Notes under the pieces: generated by a model
Databases searched by the model: none
Seen by the model: only the letters and a program-made list of their open reading frames with translations
Told to the model about the DNA's origin: nothing
Position numbers and translations under genes: made by a program
Shown: positions 1 to 8,741 of the stretch, in pieces
How the letters are laid out: each line of letters begins with the position of its first letter
Position numbering within the stretch: position 1 is the stretch's first letter
DNA from: a virus
Direction: 5' to 3' (one strand)
Length of the DNA stretch: 64,000 nt
Virus record (IMG/VR): IMGVR_UViG_3300021963_005763
Location: 39,954-103,953 of that record

Positions 1-2736
1 ATTATTTGATTTCTTAGGACTAAGAGCTCCTATGTTATCAACGTTTAATCTGCTTAGGTTAGATGGTATGCCTTCTATATACGAAACAGAATTAGGATCT
101 AATTCCAAATCTTCTTTGGTAATTTTTACTGTAGCACCTTCCCCTATTCCGCTTCCCGGATTGCTGATGAGTAGATTTTTTTCTAGACTCTCACTGACCA
201 ATGATGTAACTAAATCTTTTGACCTAGATCCGTCACTATAGGACAAAAGTGTTGCCACTGTCTGTCTAACTTTACTGGAATTTTCTAAAGATGTTTGGCT
301 AAGTTCTGCCAGTCCTTCCTGGCTTAATCTTATATTTCTAGCCATATCACTCGGAAGCGGCGCTCCAATTGGCAAACTATCAGATGATAGACTTCCATCC
401 AAAGGATATTCTCCGAATGATTGATTTTTCACGGTGTCTTCATTACCACCTAGCCCCCCTGTGGCATTGGTGAAATTAGTATCGTCACTGGGCAAACCTC
501 TGTCATTGGGCAATCTATCACTAAAATCGCTGGCAGGTGTTTGTGCCTCAATGACTTGATCTTTAGGATTAGGAGAAGTAATCATAGCATCAGCCGGATC
601 AGTTGGCTGTAGATTTTGATCTATAAGTTGCCCCGGAATACGAATAAGATTTAATTTCTGATAAAAGAATCCATCCTTAAAGGTATTCTTTACCGTAGTA
701 ACTTGAAAAACACCACTAAAGGGTATGCGATTACTGTCAAATATCATCATACCATTAGAACCTATGTCAATAGGATTTCTAAAATTTATAGCTATTAAAA
801 CTTGACCAACTATATGTGCTGCTTCCCCATCAACAGTTTCTAAATGAGTTGTTAAAGCAGGATTATAATTCCCTATTCCACCTGTTACAGTAAAAAATGG
901 ATCTCCAAGAATTTCAATTTCTGCTGTAGCAAGACTTGTACTGTTAAGAACCTTTTCGTGCATTGACCTAGCTAACACACTGTAAGGATCATTTTTTGGC
1001 AGTGCTGAATTATATCCGCTTGGAGGTAGAACACTGGTAGCAGTAGGATCTGTTCTTTTACTAGGTTGAGGTACTGTAGTGTCTGTATTCAATGTTGTAG
1101 GATTTTGTTTTACATTTGTACTATTACCAGGTCTAGCCGCAGTCTTTGTGCCTTTTTCATCTTTATTACCCATATTTTGAGGAATAGCTTCAAAATAAAG
1201 AAAATTAAAATTCAATCTAAAATTTCTAACATCTGTGTTTAAACCTGTATACAAATAATTGTATTCCCTTAACACTGACCTTTTTAACTTTTTTTCGTTA
1301 ACTAAGGAACTTTCTAAATTAGGAATATTTGTATAATGAATCCTATAGGGAGTTACAACATAGGTATATGTTTGGTAAGGCTTCTTGGTTTTATCATCTA
1401 TATTAGAAGAATTCTTAACCTCTGTTCTAACAATAAAATAATCAACCATACCATCATTGTCTATTTTAAGATCTTTGATTAAATTACTAACATATTCGCT
1501 ATCTCTAATAACAGCAGCAATAATTTCATGTAGACTTACATTTTCTGGAAACTGAGTAACTGTTTTTTTTGGTTCAAACTTTTTTTCATCTAAATCAGTG
1601 TCACCAGATGGAGCAACATCCTTGACTGTTTTATAATTTGTCTTTTTATCTGTTTGGCTAGGATCTATCATCTGATAAAGGTTACTATCTGTGCCTAATT
1701 CAGACAACTTAGATTTAGCTATAGCACCTTCACTGTCATCAGTCCATCCGTTTGCGCTAGGTTTAAGAAACTTAATTTCATAGGTATCATGAAATTGACT
1801 GCCTGCCTTTTTGGCATTTTGTTTTTCCTGATCAGTTACATTGTCCATGAGATCTTTCAATATCTCTCGAACATTTTCTCCTGCCATTTTTACAGATTTT
1901 TTCAGTTTACCCGGTTGGCCGTAGGCAGTTTCATTGAATGGAACTGCGCTACATCTATATTTTGTACCACGTTCAGTTACTTCAACTTCTACTCCTGTAA
2001 ATTTAAAAACAAAGTATCTTTCACTTTTAGGAACGAAATCCGCATCAGGAAATTGTACATCATCTTTATAACCAATAAACTGAAGTTTCAATACAAAACT
2101 CGCACTGGCATAATTAGGATACCCCGCCTTTACCGCAGATATCTGAAGTGCTTCTAAGAATCCATTTATACTGTATGGTTCAATAACTTCAAATTTAAGA
2201 CTGGTAGGCTGAGTGGTACCGCCTTGCTGACTAAAGGCCATTATAGTATCGATTTCTACATCGTCTATGAACATGTCAAATCTACCAGGACTATCTTTAT
2301 TGAAGCCGGAAATAGCCTGTAAGTTTTCTGCTTGCTGTGCTGCTTCTTTTTTTTCTTCGTCCGTTTTGGCCTTTGATTGGTTTACCTTTACTTTTTCTTG
2401 GTCTTGAATAGTAGGATATGCTATGGCATCTCTACCTTTTCCACCAGATCTTAAAATAACCAAATCTAGCTCACTATTTCTATAAGCAGCAGGATTATTA
2501 GCCACTGTTTTGTCTAAGGCAGCTAACACAAAATTATAGGTATATGATCTATAACTACTCAGAATATTTTTTTTGCCGCTACTGACAAATTCAGCCTTTT
2601 GATCTGCCTCTTTTTTGTCTTTGTTGGTAGCCTTTTCAGTTTTGGCTGTCTTTCTTTCTACTTTTTGATTCGTAGATTCAGAGGGTGTAGGAACAAAAGC
2701 AGACTCATAACCGGAATATTCATATTCATTGGCCAT
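1..2736 (-). CDS. Baseplate hub-like protein (gp27/VgrG/GpD-like), runs off the window edge; missing from the ORF track
   Basis: ATG at 2736 (MANEYEYSGYESFVPT...). Frame is open wherever spot-checked down to position 1. Contains EILGDPFF and FSGVFQVTTVKNTFKDGFFYQKLNLIR, typical of hub proteins. Follows the gp53-like gene. Confidence 0.7.
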   Translation of the reverse strand, partial: MANEYEYSGYESAFVPTPSESTNQKVERKTAKTEKATNKDKKEADQKAEFVSSGKKNILSSYRSYTYNFVLAALDKTVANNPAAYRNSELDLVILRSGGKGRDAIAYPTIQDQEKVKVNQSKAKTDEEKKEAAQQAENLQAISGFNKDSPGRFDMFIDDVEIDTIMAFSQQGGTTQPTSLKFEVIEPYSINGFLEALQISAVKAGYPNYASASFVLKLQFIGYKDDVQFPDADFVPKSERYFVFKFTGVEVEVTERGTKYRCSAVPFNETAYGQPGKLKKSVKMAGENVREILKDLMDNVTDQEKQNAKKAGSQFHDTYEIKFLKPSANGWTDDSEGAIAKSKLSELGTDSNLYQMIDPSQTDKKTNYKTVKDVAPSGDTDLDEKKFEPKKTVTQFPENVSLHEIIAAVIRDSEYVSNLIKDLKIDNDGMVDYFIVRTEVKNSSNIDDKTKKPYQTYTYVVTPYRIHYTNIPNLESSLVNEKKLKRSVLREYNYLYTGLNTDVRNFRLNFNFLYFEAIPQNMGNKDEKGTKTAARPGNSTNVKQNPTTLNTDTTVPQPSKRTDPTATSVLPPSGYNSALPKNDPYSVLARSMHEKVLNSTSLATAEIEILGDPFFTVTGGIGNYNPALTTHLETVDGEAAHIVGQVLIAINFRNPIDIGSNGMMIFDSNRIPFSGVFQVTTVKNTFKDGFFYQKLNLIRIPGQLIDQNLQPTDPADAMITSPNPKDQVIEAQTPASDFSDRLPNDRGLPSDDTNFTNATGGLGGNEDTVKNQSFGEYPLDGSLSSDSLPIGAPLPSDMARNIRLSQEGLAELSQTSLENSSKVRQTVATLLSYSDGSRSKDLVTSLVSESLEKNLLISNPGSGIGEGATVKITKEDLELDPNSVSYIEGIPSNLSRLNVDNIGALSPKKSNN

Positions 2737-2743
2737 AATCTAG

Positions 2744-3043
2744 TTACCCATTTAGCGCCTGTTTTATCACAGATAATTTTGGCAAATATATTTGTACTCC
2801 TGCCACCATATCAAAAACTGGATCCTTAATTCTATCTTTATTCCTAGCAGCAAATACCCACCAATATCCTGGATTTTTATAGAGGTCATAAGCCAATAGA
2901 TCAGGTCTAAATTCGTAGGTAGCAGTTATAGTAAAAAGATGATCATCAGACTGATAGGGAATATCTCGAAAATTTAATACATCTAAGTGATCGTTGACTA
3001 TGCTAGTAGTGTAATATGGACTTGTTGGATTATAGATGATCAT
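2744..3043 (-). CDS. Baseplate wedge protein, gp53/LysM-like
   Basis: RPDLLAYDLYKNPGYWWVFAARN motif; 99 aa; baseplate context. Confidence 0.75.
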   Translation of the reverse strand: MIIYNPTSPYYTTSIVNDHLDVLNFRDIPYQSDDHLFTITATYEFRPDLLAYDLYKNPGYWWVFAARNKDRIKDPVFDMVAGVQIYLPKLSVIKQALNG

Positions 3044-3044
3044 T

Positions 3045-3980
3045 TTAAATGAATCCTTTTCCTCTCATAACGCCATTGAGGTAGCTATTAACACTAAACC
3101 CTTGCATTTCGTCTCTACTATACATAGTAATAACCGTTATAGCCAATGTACTCATTGTAGGTACTGAAAAGATATTGGCAGAATCTGCCGACTTAAAGGT
3201 CATATAATCAACACTATCAGGTAATTCAATACGAAAATTAGTTATTGCTACAGGTACATTGTCTAACATTAAATCTCCGTAAGCAAACAATCTACATACA
3301 GGGGGCGGAGCGCCGCTATCTGGATCACCTGACCTTGCTCCTCCTGATCTCATACGTGTTAAAGCTCTGACCAAGGTCTTAGTGGCAATATAAATTTTTG
3401 CGTCGTTTTCATTTTGTATTGTAAATTTTCCAGTCAATGTAATTGAGCTTAATTTACTGCGTTGATAGAAACTTATAGAAAAGTTGCTGTGCATGGGATT
3501 TAATGTACCATAATCCGCACTGGCTTCATAGGTTATACTAGGAGTGTAAGGGAATAAAATACCGCCTTGTCCAGTTAGGGCAGACGTTAAACCTGTTAGG
3601 TATTTAGGTGGTACAAGTATTCTTACCCTAAGATCCTGTCCTTGCTTATTGCCATTAACATCAAAAAAATTAACTGTAGGATTAGGGATAGGTCTTTTTT
3701 CTGCACCAGTAGGAATCCCAGGCACTGATCTTTCTAATAATCCAACAGATTTCTCTCCGTTTATTTCTCTTTCATCATAATATTCGCCGTTGATGTCAAC
3801 TATATTCGAATTTTGATATTTTTCCAATGTGCTTTGATCAGAATTTGACTGGTTAGTGGCTAGATTGCGCTCTGCCGCCTGTAAATTTTCAACATTCTGT
3901 CTACTTTGTTGCGTAGACAATGGTTCAATTTCAGCTGTAGTTGTCTGGTTTGATGAAGCCACAGGGTTTAGAATAGCCAT
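3045..3980 (-). CDS. Baseplate/tail-tube-like structural protein
   Basis: FPYTPSI...ITLTGKFT...GAPPPVCRLFAYG...VPVAITNF pattern of tube-fold baseplate proteins; upstream of the gp53-like gene. Confidence 0.55.
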   Translation of the reverse strand: MAILNPVASSNQTTTAEIEPLSTQQSRQNVENLQAAERNLATNQSNSDQSTLEKYQNSNIVDINGEYYDEREINGEKSVGLLERSVPGIPTGAEKRPIPNPTVNFFDVNGNKQGQDLRVRILVPPKYLTGLTSALTGQGGILFPYTPSITYEASADYGTLNPMHSNFSISFYQRSKLSSITLTGKFTIQNENDAKIYIATKTLVRALTRMRSGGARSGDPDSGAPPPVCRLFAYGDLMLDNVPVAITNFRIELPDSVDYMTFKSADSANIFSVPTMSTLAITVITMYSRDEMQGFSVNSYLNGVMRGKGFI

Positions 3981-4011
3981 TGAAACAGTTTCCTAAATCA
4001 TTTTAATTTTA

Positions 4012-4028
4012 TATTTACCTTATAAATA
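4012..4028. promoter_or_regulatory. Back-to-back late promoters: TAAATA on - (4012-4017) and TATAAATA on + (4021-4028)
   Basis: Match to the T4 late promoter consensus TATAAATA in a divergent intergenic region. Confidence 0.6.
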
Positions 4029-4048
4029 AAGTGCCATTTTAGTACCTC

Positions 4049-4077
4049 TTGACCTTTTATCTCTAAGGTTATATACT
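4049..4077 (+). promoter_or_regulatory. Sigma70-type promoter for the late sigma gene
   Basis: TTGACC-17 nt-TATACT, then AAGGA SD before ATG 4102. Confidence 0.75.
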
Positions 4078-4101
4078 CCTGGATAAGGAAGATTAATAAT
4101 A

Positions 4102-4995
4102 ATGACTATAATAACAAAAAAGGTAAAATACCTTAACAATCGTGATCTATTAGAAGAAATTCATAAGAGTAAATGTAGTTTTTCATGTTTCAGTAGTAAA
4201 GAATATCAACAACACGACATAATCGTAGCAGATATAAAAAAAATCACAATAAGAACCATAAGCGATGCTAAGAAAAACCGTGCTAAACGAATAGGTTTGA
4301 AAAATTTCGTAGAAGCTAGAAAAAACGGAGATAAAAAAATTAAATTAGCAGACCTTACTCCAGATTATAAAAAAATATTAAAGACCGATCTTGTGTTTAG
4401 AGTAATGACATTCGAACACATACCACTTACTCCGGGTCGAAAAAAAACTACCAAGACTACTTCAGATAATCACGAAAAAGTAAATTTTCCTCCTTTCCAG
4501 CATTGGAAATTTAACGAAGAAAATGAATTGATCTGTGTGGGCAAAAGTCATTGGAAGGGCGGAATAAAGACAGGAAAATTTTCTAAAGAACACGGACGTA
4601 TTACCGAAGAACTAGGCCGTATGTTTATTAAACTTTCCGAACGTTATGCCCAACGTAGTAATTGGCGTGGCTATACCTATATCGACGAAATGCGTGGTCA
4701 GGCCATATTACAACTTAGCCAAATTGGTCTACAGTTCGATGAATCAAAATCAGAAAACCCATTTGCCTACTATACTGCTGCTGTCAATAATTCATTTACT
4801 CGTATTCTTAATATTGAAAAGAAAAATCAGAATATCAGAGATGACATGCTGATTGAAAACGGACTAACGCCTAGCTCAACTAGACAAAATTATCAGGAAT
4901 TCGCAGAAGAAATAGCACGACAGGCTAACTTATATAAAAATACAAGAATGCCAAAAGCAGCAGAAAATATAGAAGATGAAGAGGAGGCGGCTTGA
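4102..4995 (+). CDS. gp55: Late-transcription sigma factor, gp55-like
   Basis: N-terminal YLNNRDLL; NWRGYTYIDEM...FDESKSENPFAYYT...F.RIL..EKK motifs; adjacent to gp47/gp46 as in T4-like phages. Confidence 0.8.
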   Translation: MTIITKKVKYLNNRDLLEEIHKSKCSFSCFSSKEYQQHDIIVADIKKITIRTISDAKKNRAKRIGLKNFVEARKNGDKKIKLADLTPDYKKILKTDLVFRVMTFEHIPLTPGRKKTTKTTSDNHEKVNFPPFQHWKFNEENELICVGKSHWKGGIKTGKFSKEHGRITEELGRMFIKLSERYAQRSNWRGYTYIDEMRGQAILQLSQIGLQFDESKSENPFAYYTAAVNNSFTRILNIEKKNQNIRDDMLIENGLTPSSTRQNYQEFAEEIARQANLYKNTRMPKAAENIEDEEEAA

Positions 4996-5020
4996 CATTT
5001 AGATCTGTAATTGCTATTAT
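4992..5020 (+). promoter_or_regulatory. Sigma70-type promoter for gp47-gp46
   Basis: TTGACA-17 nt-TATTAT with extended -10 TG; GAGGAG SD precedes ATG 5038. Confidence 0.8.
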
Positions 5021-5037
5021 GCCACAGAGGAGAGTCT

Positions 5038-6051
5038 ATGGCATTGTTTAAAAAGGTAGCGTGTTTTACAGATCTACATGTTGGTGCTAAATCAAACAGC
5101 ACAGTTCACCTACAGGACTGTGAAGAATTTGTAGATTGGTTTATTGAATCGGCTAAAAGAGAAGGTTGCGAAACCGCAATCTTTCTCGGAGACTGGAGTC
5201 ATAATCGTAACAGTCTAAACTTATACACATTAGATACTAGCCTGCGACTGTTAGAAAAACTGGGTGCGGCCTTTGAACAGTTCTTTTGGTTTCCAGGCAA
5301 TCACGACCTATTCTACAAAGACAAGCGTGATATTCATAGTTCAGCGTTCGGGCGTCATATACCAGGCGTTACTGTGGTTGAAACCGTAACCACTATAGAT
5401 GATGTAACTTTAGTTCCATGGCTAGTAGGAGATGAATGGAAGGTTATGAAAAATGTTAAAAGCAAATACGTGTTTGGACATTTTGAATTGCCCAAGTTTA
5501 TGATGAATGCTATGGTTCAGATGCCCGACCACGGTGAACTGCGTGCTGAAGATTTTAAGGGACCAGACTATGTATTCAGCGGACATTTTCATAAACGTCA
5601 ACGGAATGGATGTGTAATTTATATAGGAAACGCCTTTGCTCACAATTATTCAGATGCTTGGGACGATGACCGAGGCATGATGACCTTAGAGTGGGAAGGG
5701 GAGCCAAAGTTTCATAACTGGGAAAATGCTCCTAAATTTAGAACCATCAAGCTAAGTGACCTCATTGATCGCAAAGACGAAATAATGAAGTCAAAAATGT
5801 ATATTAGAGTGAACTTGGACATTGATATCAGTTTTGAAGAAGCCAACTTTATCAAAGAAGAATTTACTAAGATTTATGACATAAGAGAAATCAGTCTTAT
5901 TCAAGACAAGAGTAATTTAGAAGGTTCCTACGAGGATAATCCAGATACACAATTTGAAAGCATTGATCAAATTGTATCAGAACAATTGACCAATTTAGAC
6001 AGTGGTAATTTTGACAAGAAACTATTAATGGACATTTATAATGACCTTTAA
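5038..6051 (+). CDS. gp47: Recombination endonuclease subunit (Mre11/SbcD-like)
   Basis: Metallophosphoesterase motifs DLH, GD, GNHD, GHF, SGHFH. Start moved from 5011 to the SD-preceded ATG at 5038. Confidence 0.9.
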   Translation: MALFKKVACFTDLHVGAKSNSTVHLQDCEEFVDWFIESAKREGCETAIFLGDWSHNRNSLNLYTLDTSLRLLEKLGAAFEQFFWFPGNHDLFYKDKRDIHSSAFGRHIPGVTVVETVTTIDDVTLVPWLVGDEWKVMKNVKSKYVFGHFELPKFMMNAMVQMPDHGELRAEDFKGPDYVFSGHFHKRQRNGCVIYIGNAFAHNYSDAWDDDRGMMTLEWEGEPKFHNWENAPKFRTIKLSDLIDRKDEIMKSKMYIRVNLDIDISFEEANFIKEEFTKIYDIREISLIQDKSNLEGSYEDNPDTQFESIDQIVSEQLTNLDSGNFDKKLLMDIYNDL

Positions 6052-7828
6052 GATTAAGACACTGACAGTAAAGAATTTCATGAGTGTAGGCAATCAAACT
6101 CAAGGTGTTGATTTTGATCAAGAGCAGTTGACCCTGGTGTTAGGATCTAATCATGACCTGGGTGGCGATGACACAGGTTCCAGAAATGGCACAGGTAAGA
6201 CCACAATAATCAACGCCTTGAGTTATGGCCTTTATGGCCAGGCATTGACCAACATTAAAAAAGAAAATCTAATCAACAAGATCAATAATAAACATATGTT
6301 GGTCACAGTTGAGTTTGAAAAGAATAATCTAAATTATCGTATCGAACGTGGTCGTAAACCCAATGTTCTCAAATTGTTTGTCAACAATCAAGAAATCACT
6401 GCAGACAACCATGGAGACGATGAAAGTCAAGGTGACAGCAGAGAAACACAAAAGTCAATTGAACAAATGTTAGAAATGAGTCACACTATGTTCAAACACC
6501 TCGTAGCTCTCAATACCTATACCGAACCTTTCTTGGCCATGCGGGCCGCTGATCAACGTGAAGTTATTGAACAACTGTTAGGCATAACCCTATTGTCAGC
6601 CAAGGCAGAAGAATTAAAAAATCGTGTAAAAGAAAACAAGGACTTAATTTCCAAAGAAAATTTTAGAATTGAAGGTATCAAATCGGCCAACGAAAATGTT
6701 CAGAAGAGTATAGAAAGCCTAAAACTTAAAAGTTCAGCTTGGCTCAATAAACATGACCAAGAATTGGAATCATTAGGTCGTGCCATTGTTAATCTCGAAG
6801 CAGTAGATATTGAAGCAGAGATACAGGCTCACGCTAAATTAAAGGCATGGTTAGACAATGATAAAAAATTAACCGGCTTAAGAAAGCAAAAGGCAACGTT
6901 GGAAACTGCTGTCATGCAGGCAGAAAAAACTGTGAAAAAATACACAGCAGAAGTAGAAAAATTAAAAGATCATAAATGTCATGCCTGCGATCAAAAACTT
7001 CAAGATCATAAACACAAAGAAATGTTAGATGATGCTGTCAAGCACAAGATGGAAGCAGAGGAATATGCTTTAAAAGTGGTCAATGACTACGGACTGATTG
7101 TCAATGACATTGAAAAAATCGGCAACCAAGGAGCAAAGCCTACTACATTTTACGAAACTGAGGTAGAAGCATTAGGTCATAAAAACAATTTAGGCAACTT
7201 AGAAAAGGCACTGATACAAAAATCAGAAGAATCTAATCCCTATGAAGAACAAATTGAAGAACTAAAAAATTCTGCTATACAAGAAATAGATTGGACATCA
7301 ATCAACGAATTAACCAAGTTGCGTGATCACCAGGACTTTCTTTTGAAATTGTTAACAAATAAAGATAGTTTCATACGAAAACGTATTATTGATCAAAATC
7401 TTTCATATCTTAATAAAAGGTTAAGTTATTACATTGACAAATTAGGGTTGCCGCATCGTGTGGTGTTTCAAAATGATCTCACGGTAGAAATAACTCAACT
7501 GGGACAAGATTTAGACTTTGATAATCTCAGCAGGGGTGAACGTAATAGATTAATTTTAAGTATGAGTTTTGCCTTTAGAGACGTATGGGAAGGCCTATAC
7601 CAACCTATCAATTTACTATTCATCGATGAACTTGTTGATTCAGGAATGGATTCAGCCGGTGTGGAAAGTGCTTTAGCAGTATTGAAAAAAATGGGCAGGG
7701 AACGTAATAAGAATATATATCTTATTAGTCACAAAGATGAACTACAGGGCAGAGTTAATAACGTGCTTAGAGTGATAAAAGAAAACGGTTTCACTAGCTA
7801 TTCAAACAGTTTAGAATATGTCAACTGA
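6041..7828 (+). CDS. gp46: Recombination ATPase subunit (Rad50/SbcC-like)
   Basis: Walker A NGTGKTT, coiled coil with CHAC zinc hook, LSRGE signature, Walker B LFIDE, ISH. Confidence 0.92.
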   Translation: MTFKIKTLTVKNFMSVGNQTQGVDFDQEQLTLVLGSNHDLGGDDTGSRNGTGKTTIINALSYGLYGQALTNIKKENLINKINNKHMLVTVEFEKNNLNYRIERGRKPNVLKLFVNNQEITADNHGDDESQGDSRETQKSIEQMLEMSHTMFKHLVALNTYTEPFLAMRAADQREVIEQLLGITLLSAKAEELKNRVKENKDLISKENFRIEGIKSANENVQKSIESLKLKSSAWLNKHDQELESLGRAIVNLEAVDIEAEIQAHAKLKAWLDNDKKLTGLRKQKATLETAVMQAEKTVKKYTAEVEKLKDHKCHACDQKLQDHKHKEMLDDAVKHKMEAEEYALKVVNDYGLIVNDIEKIGNQGAKPTTFYETEVEALGHKNNLGNLEKALIQKSEESNPYEEQIEELKNSAIQEIDWTSINELTKLRDHQDFLLKLLTNKDSFIRKRIIDQNLSYLNKRLSYYIDKLGLPHRVVFQNDLTVEITQLGQDLDFDNLSRGERNRLILSMSFAFRDVWEGLYQPINLLFIDELVDSGMDSAGVESALAVLKKMGRERNKNIYLISHKDELQGRVNNVLRVIKENGFTSYSNSLEYVN

Positions 7829-8141
7829 ATTTGAAGATAGATATCGAGAATTGTATTCAAGATACGTAGAGCTTAATATAAATCTGCATAATTACCATGT
7901 CGAGTTCTTCAGGCGTAAGTTAAAGAAAGATGCAGATAATATACGAGATTGTCTTGCCGAGATGAGAGAACTTGTATTGGATATGAAAAAGATAGTGTTA
8001 GCAGTAAGACGAGAACATGTAAAAAATTGGCGAGTAAAAATACAGGACAAATATTATTACTCTAAAGATGGAAAGAAAAAACTAAAGAGGTCAACGAAAA
8101 AAGATTATGGAAACTACAAACCACCTGAAAAAACTATTTGA
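7818..8141 (+). CDS. Hypothetical basic helical protein
   Basis: 107-aa ORF overlapping both neighbours in the operon. Confidence 0.55.
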   Translation: MSTEFEDRYRELYSRYVELNINLHNYHVEFFRRKLKKDADNIRDCLAEMRELVLDMKKIVLAVRREHVKNWRVKIQDKYYYSKDGKKKLKRSTKKDYGNYKPPEKTI

Positions 8142-8301
8142 AGAATTTCTCAAAGAAGATGAAAAGTTTACCAGCGGCAATGCTGCGGCTGGAACCAGAG
8201 CAAGAAAAGCATTAGCAGAAATTTCTAAGACAGTTAAAGCTCGTCGTAATGAAATTACAGAAGAAAAAAATGCTCGCAAGGAAGCCAAGGCCGCTAAATG
8301 A
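8107..8301 (+). CDS. Histone H1-like (Hc1-family) small DNA-binding protein
   Basis: GNAAAGTRARKAL.EI motif; 64 aa; Lys/Ala-rich. Confidence 0.7.
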   Translation: METTNHLKKLFEEFLKEDEKFTSGNAAAGTRARKALAEISKTVKARRNEITEEKNARKEAKAAK

Positions 8302-8304
8302 TTG

Positions 8305-8739
8305 ATGTCTTGGTATCATCAAGATACGATAGTCAATGAATTACCCGATGATTGTATTGGTTTTGTGTATCTCATCACCAATACAATCACAAATAAAAAA
8401 TACATAGGCAAAAAATTAGGCAAATTTTCAAAAACAACCTACAAAGTAGTAAAATTAAAAAACGGTACTAAGAAAAAGAAACGCATCAAAACAAAGATAG
8501 ACTCAGACTGGCAAACATATTACGGCTCAAACGATCAACTCACAAAAGATGTAGCACAATTAGGCACCGACAAATTTCACAGAGAAATATTATATTTTTG
8601 TAAATCTAAGGCAGAATGTAGTTACATTGAGGCACGCGAACAATTCACAAGAAAAGTATTAGAATCAGACGAATATTATAACGGACAGATATCTGTTCGT
8701 GTCCATGGCTCACATATCAAAGGCAAATTAATCGGTTAA
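8305..8739 (+). CDS. Stand-alone GIY-YIG family nuclease
   Basis: GFVYLITN...KKYIGKK, YYGS, E, YYN motifs; Lys-rich insertion; no appended DNA-binding domains. Confidence 0.8.
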   Translation: MSWYHQDTIVNELPDDCIGFVYLITNTITNKKYIGKKLGKFSKTTYKVVKLKNGTKKKKRIKTKIDSDWQTYYGSNDQLTKDVAQLGTDKFHREILYFCKSKAECSYIEAREQFTRKVLESDEYYNGQISVRVHGSHIKGKLIG

Positions 8740-8741
8740 CG

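Noticed and set aside
32-2829. Plus-strand ORFs 32-241, 1789-2157 and 2599-2829
   Set aside because: Antisense shadows of the long minus-strand baseplate genes
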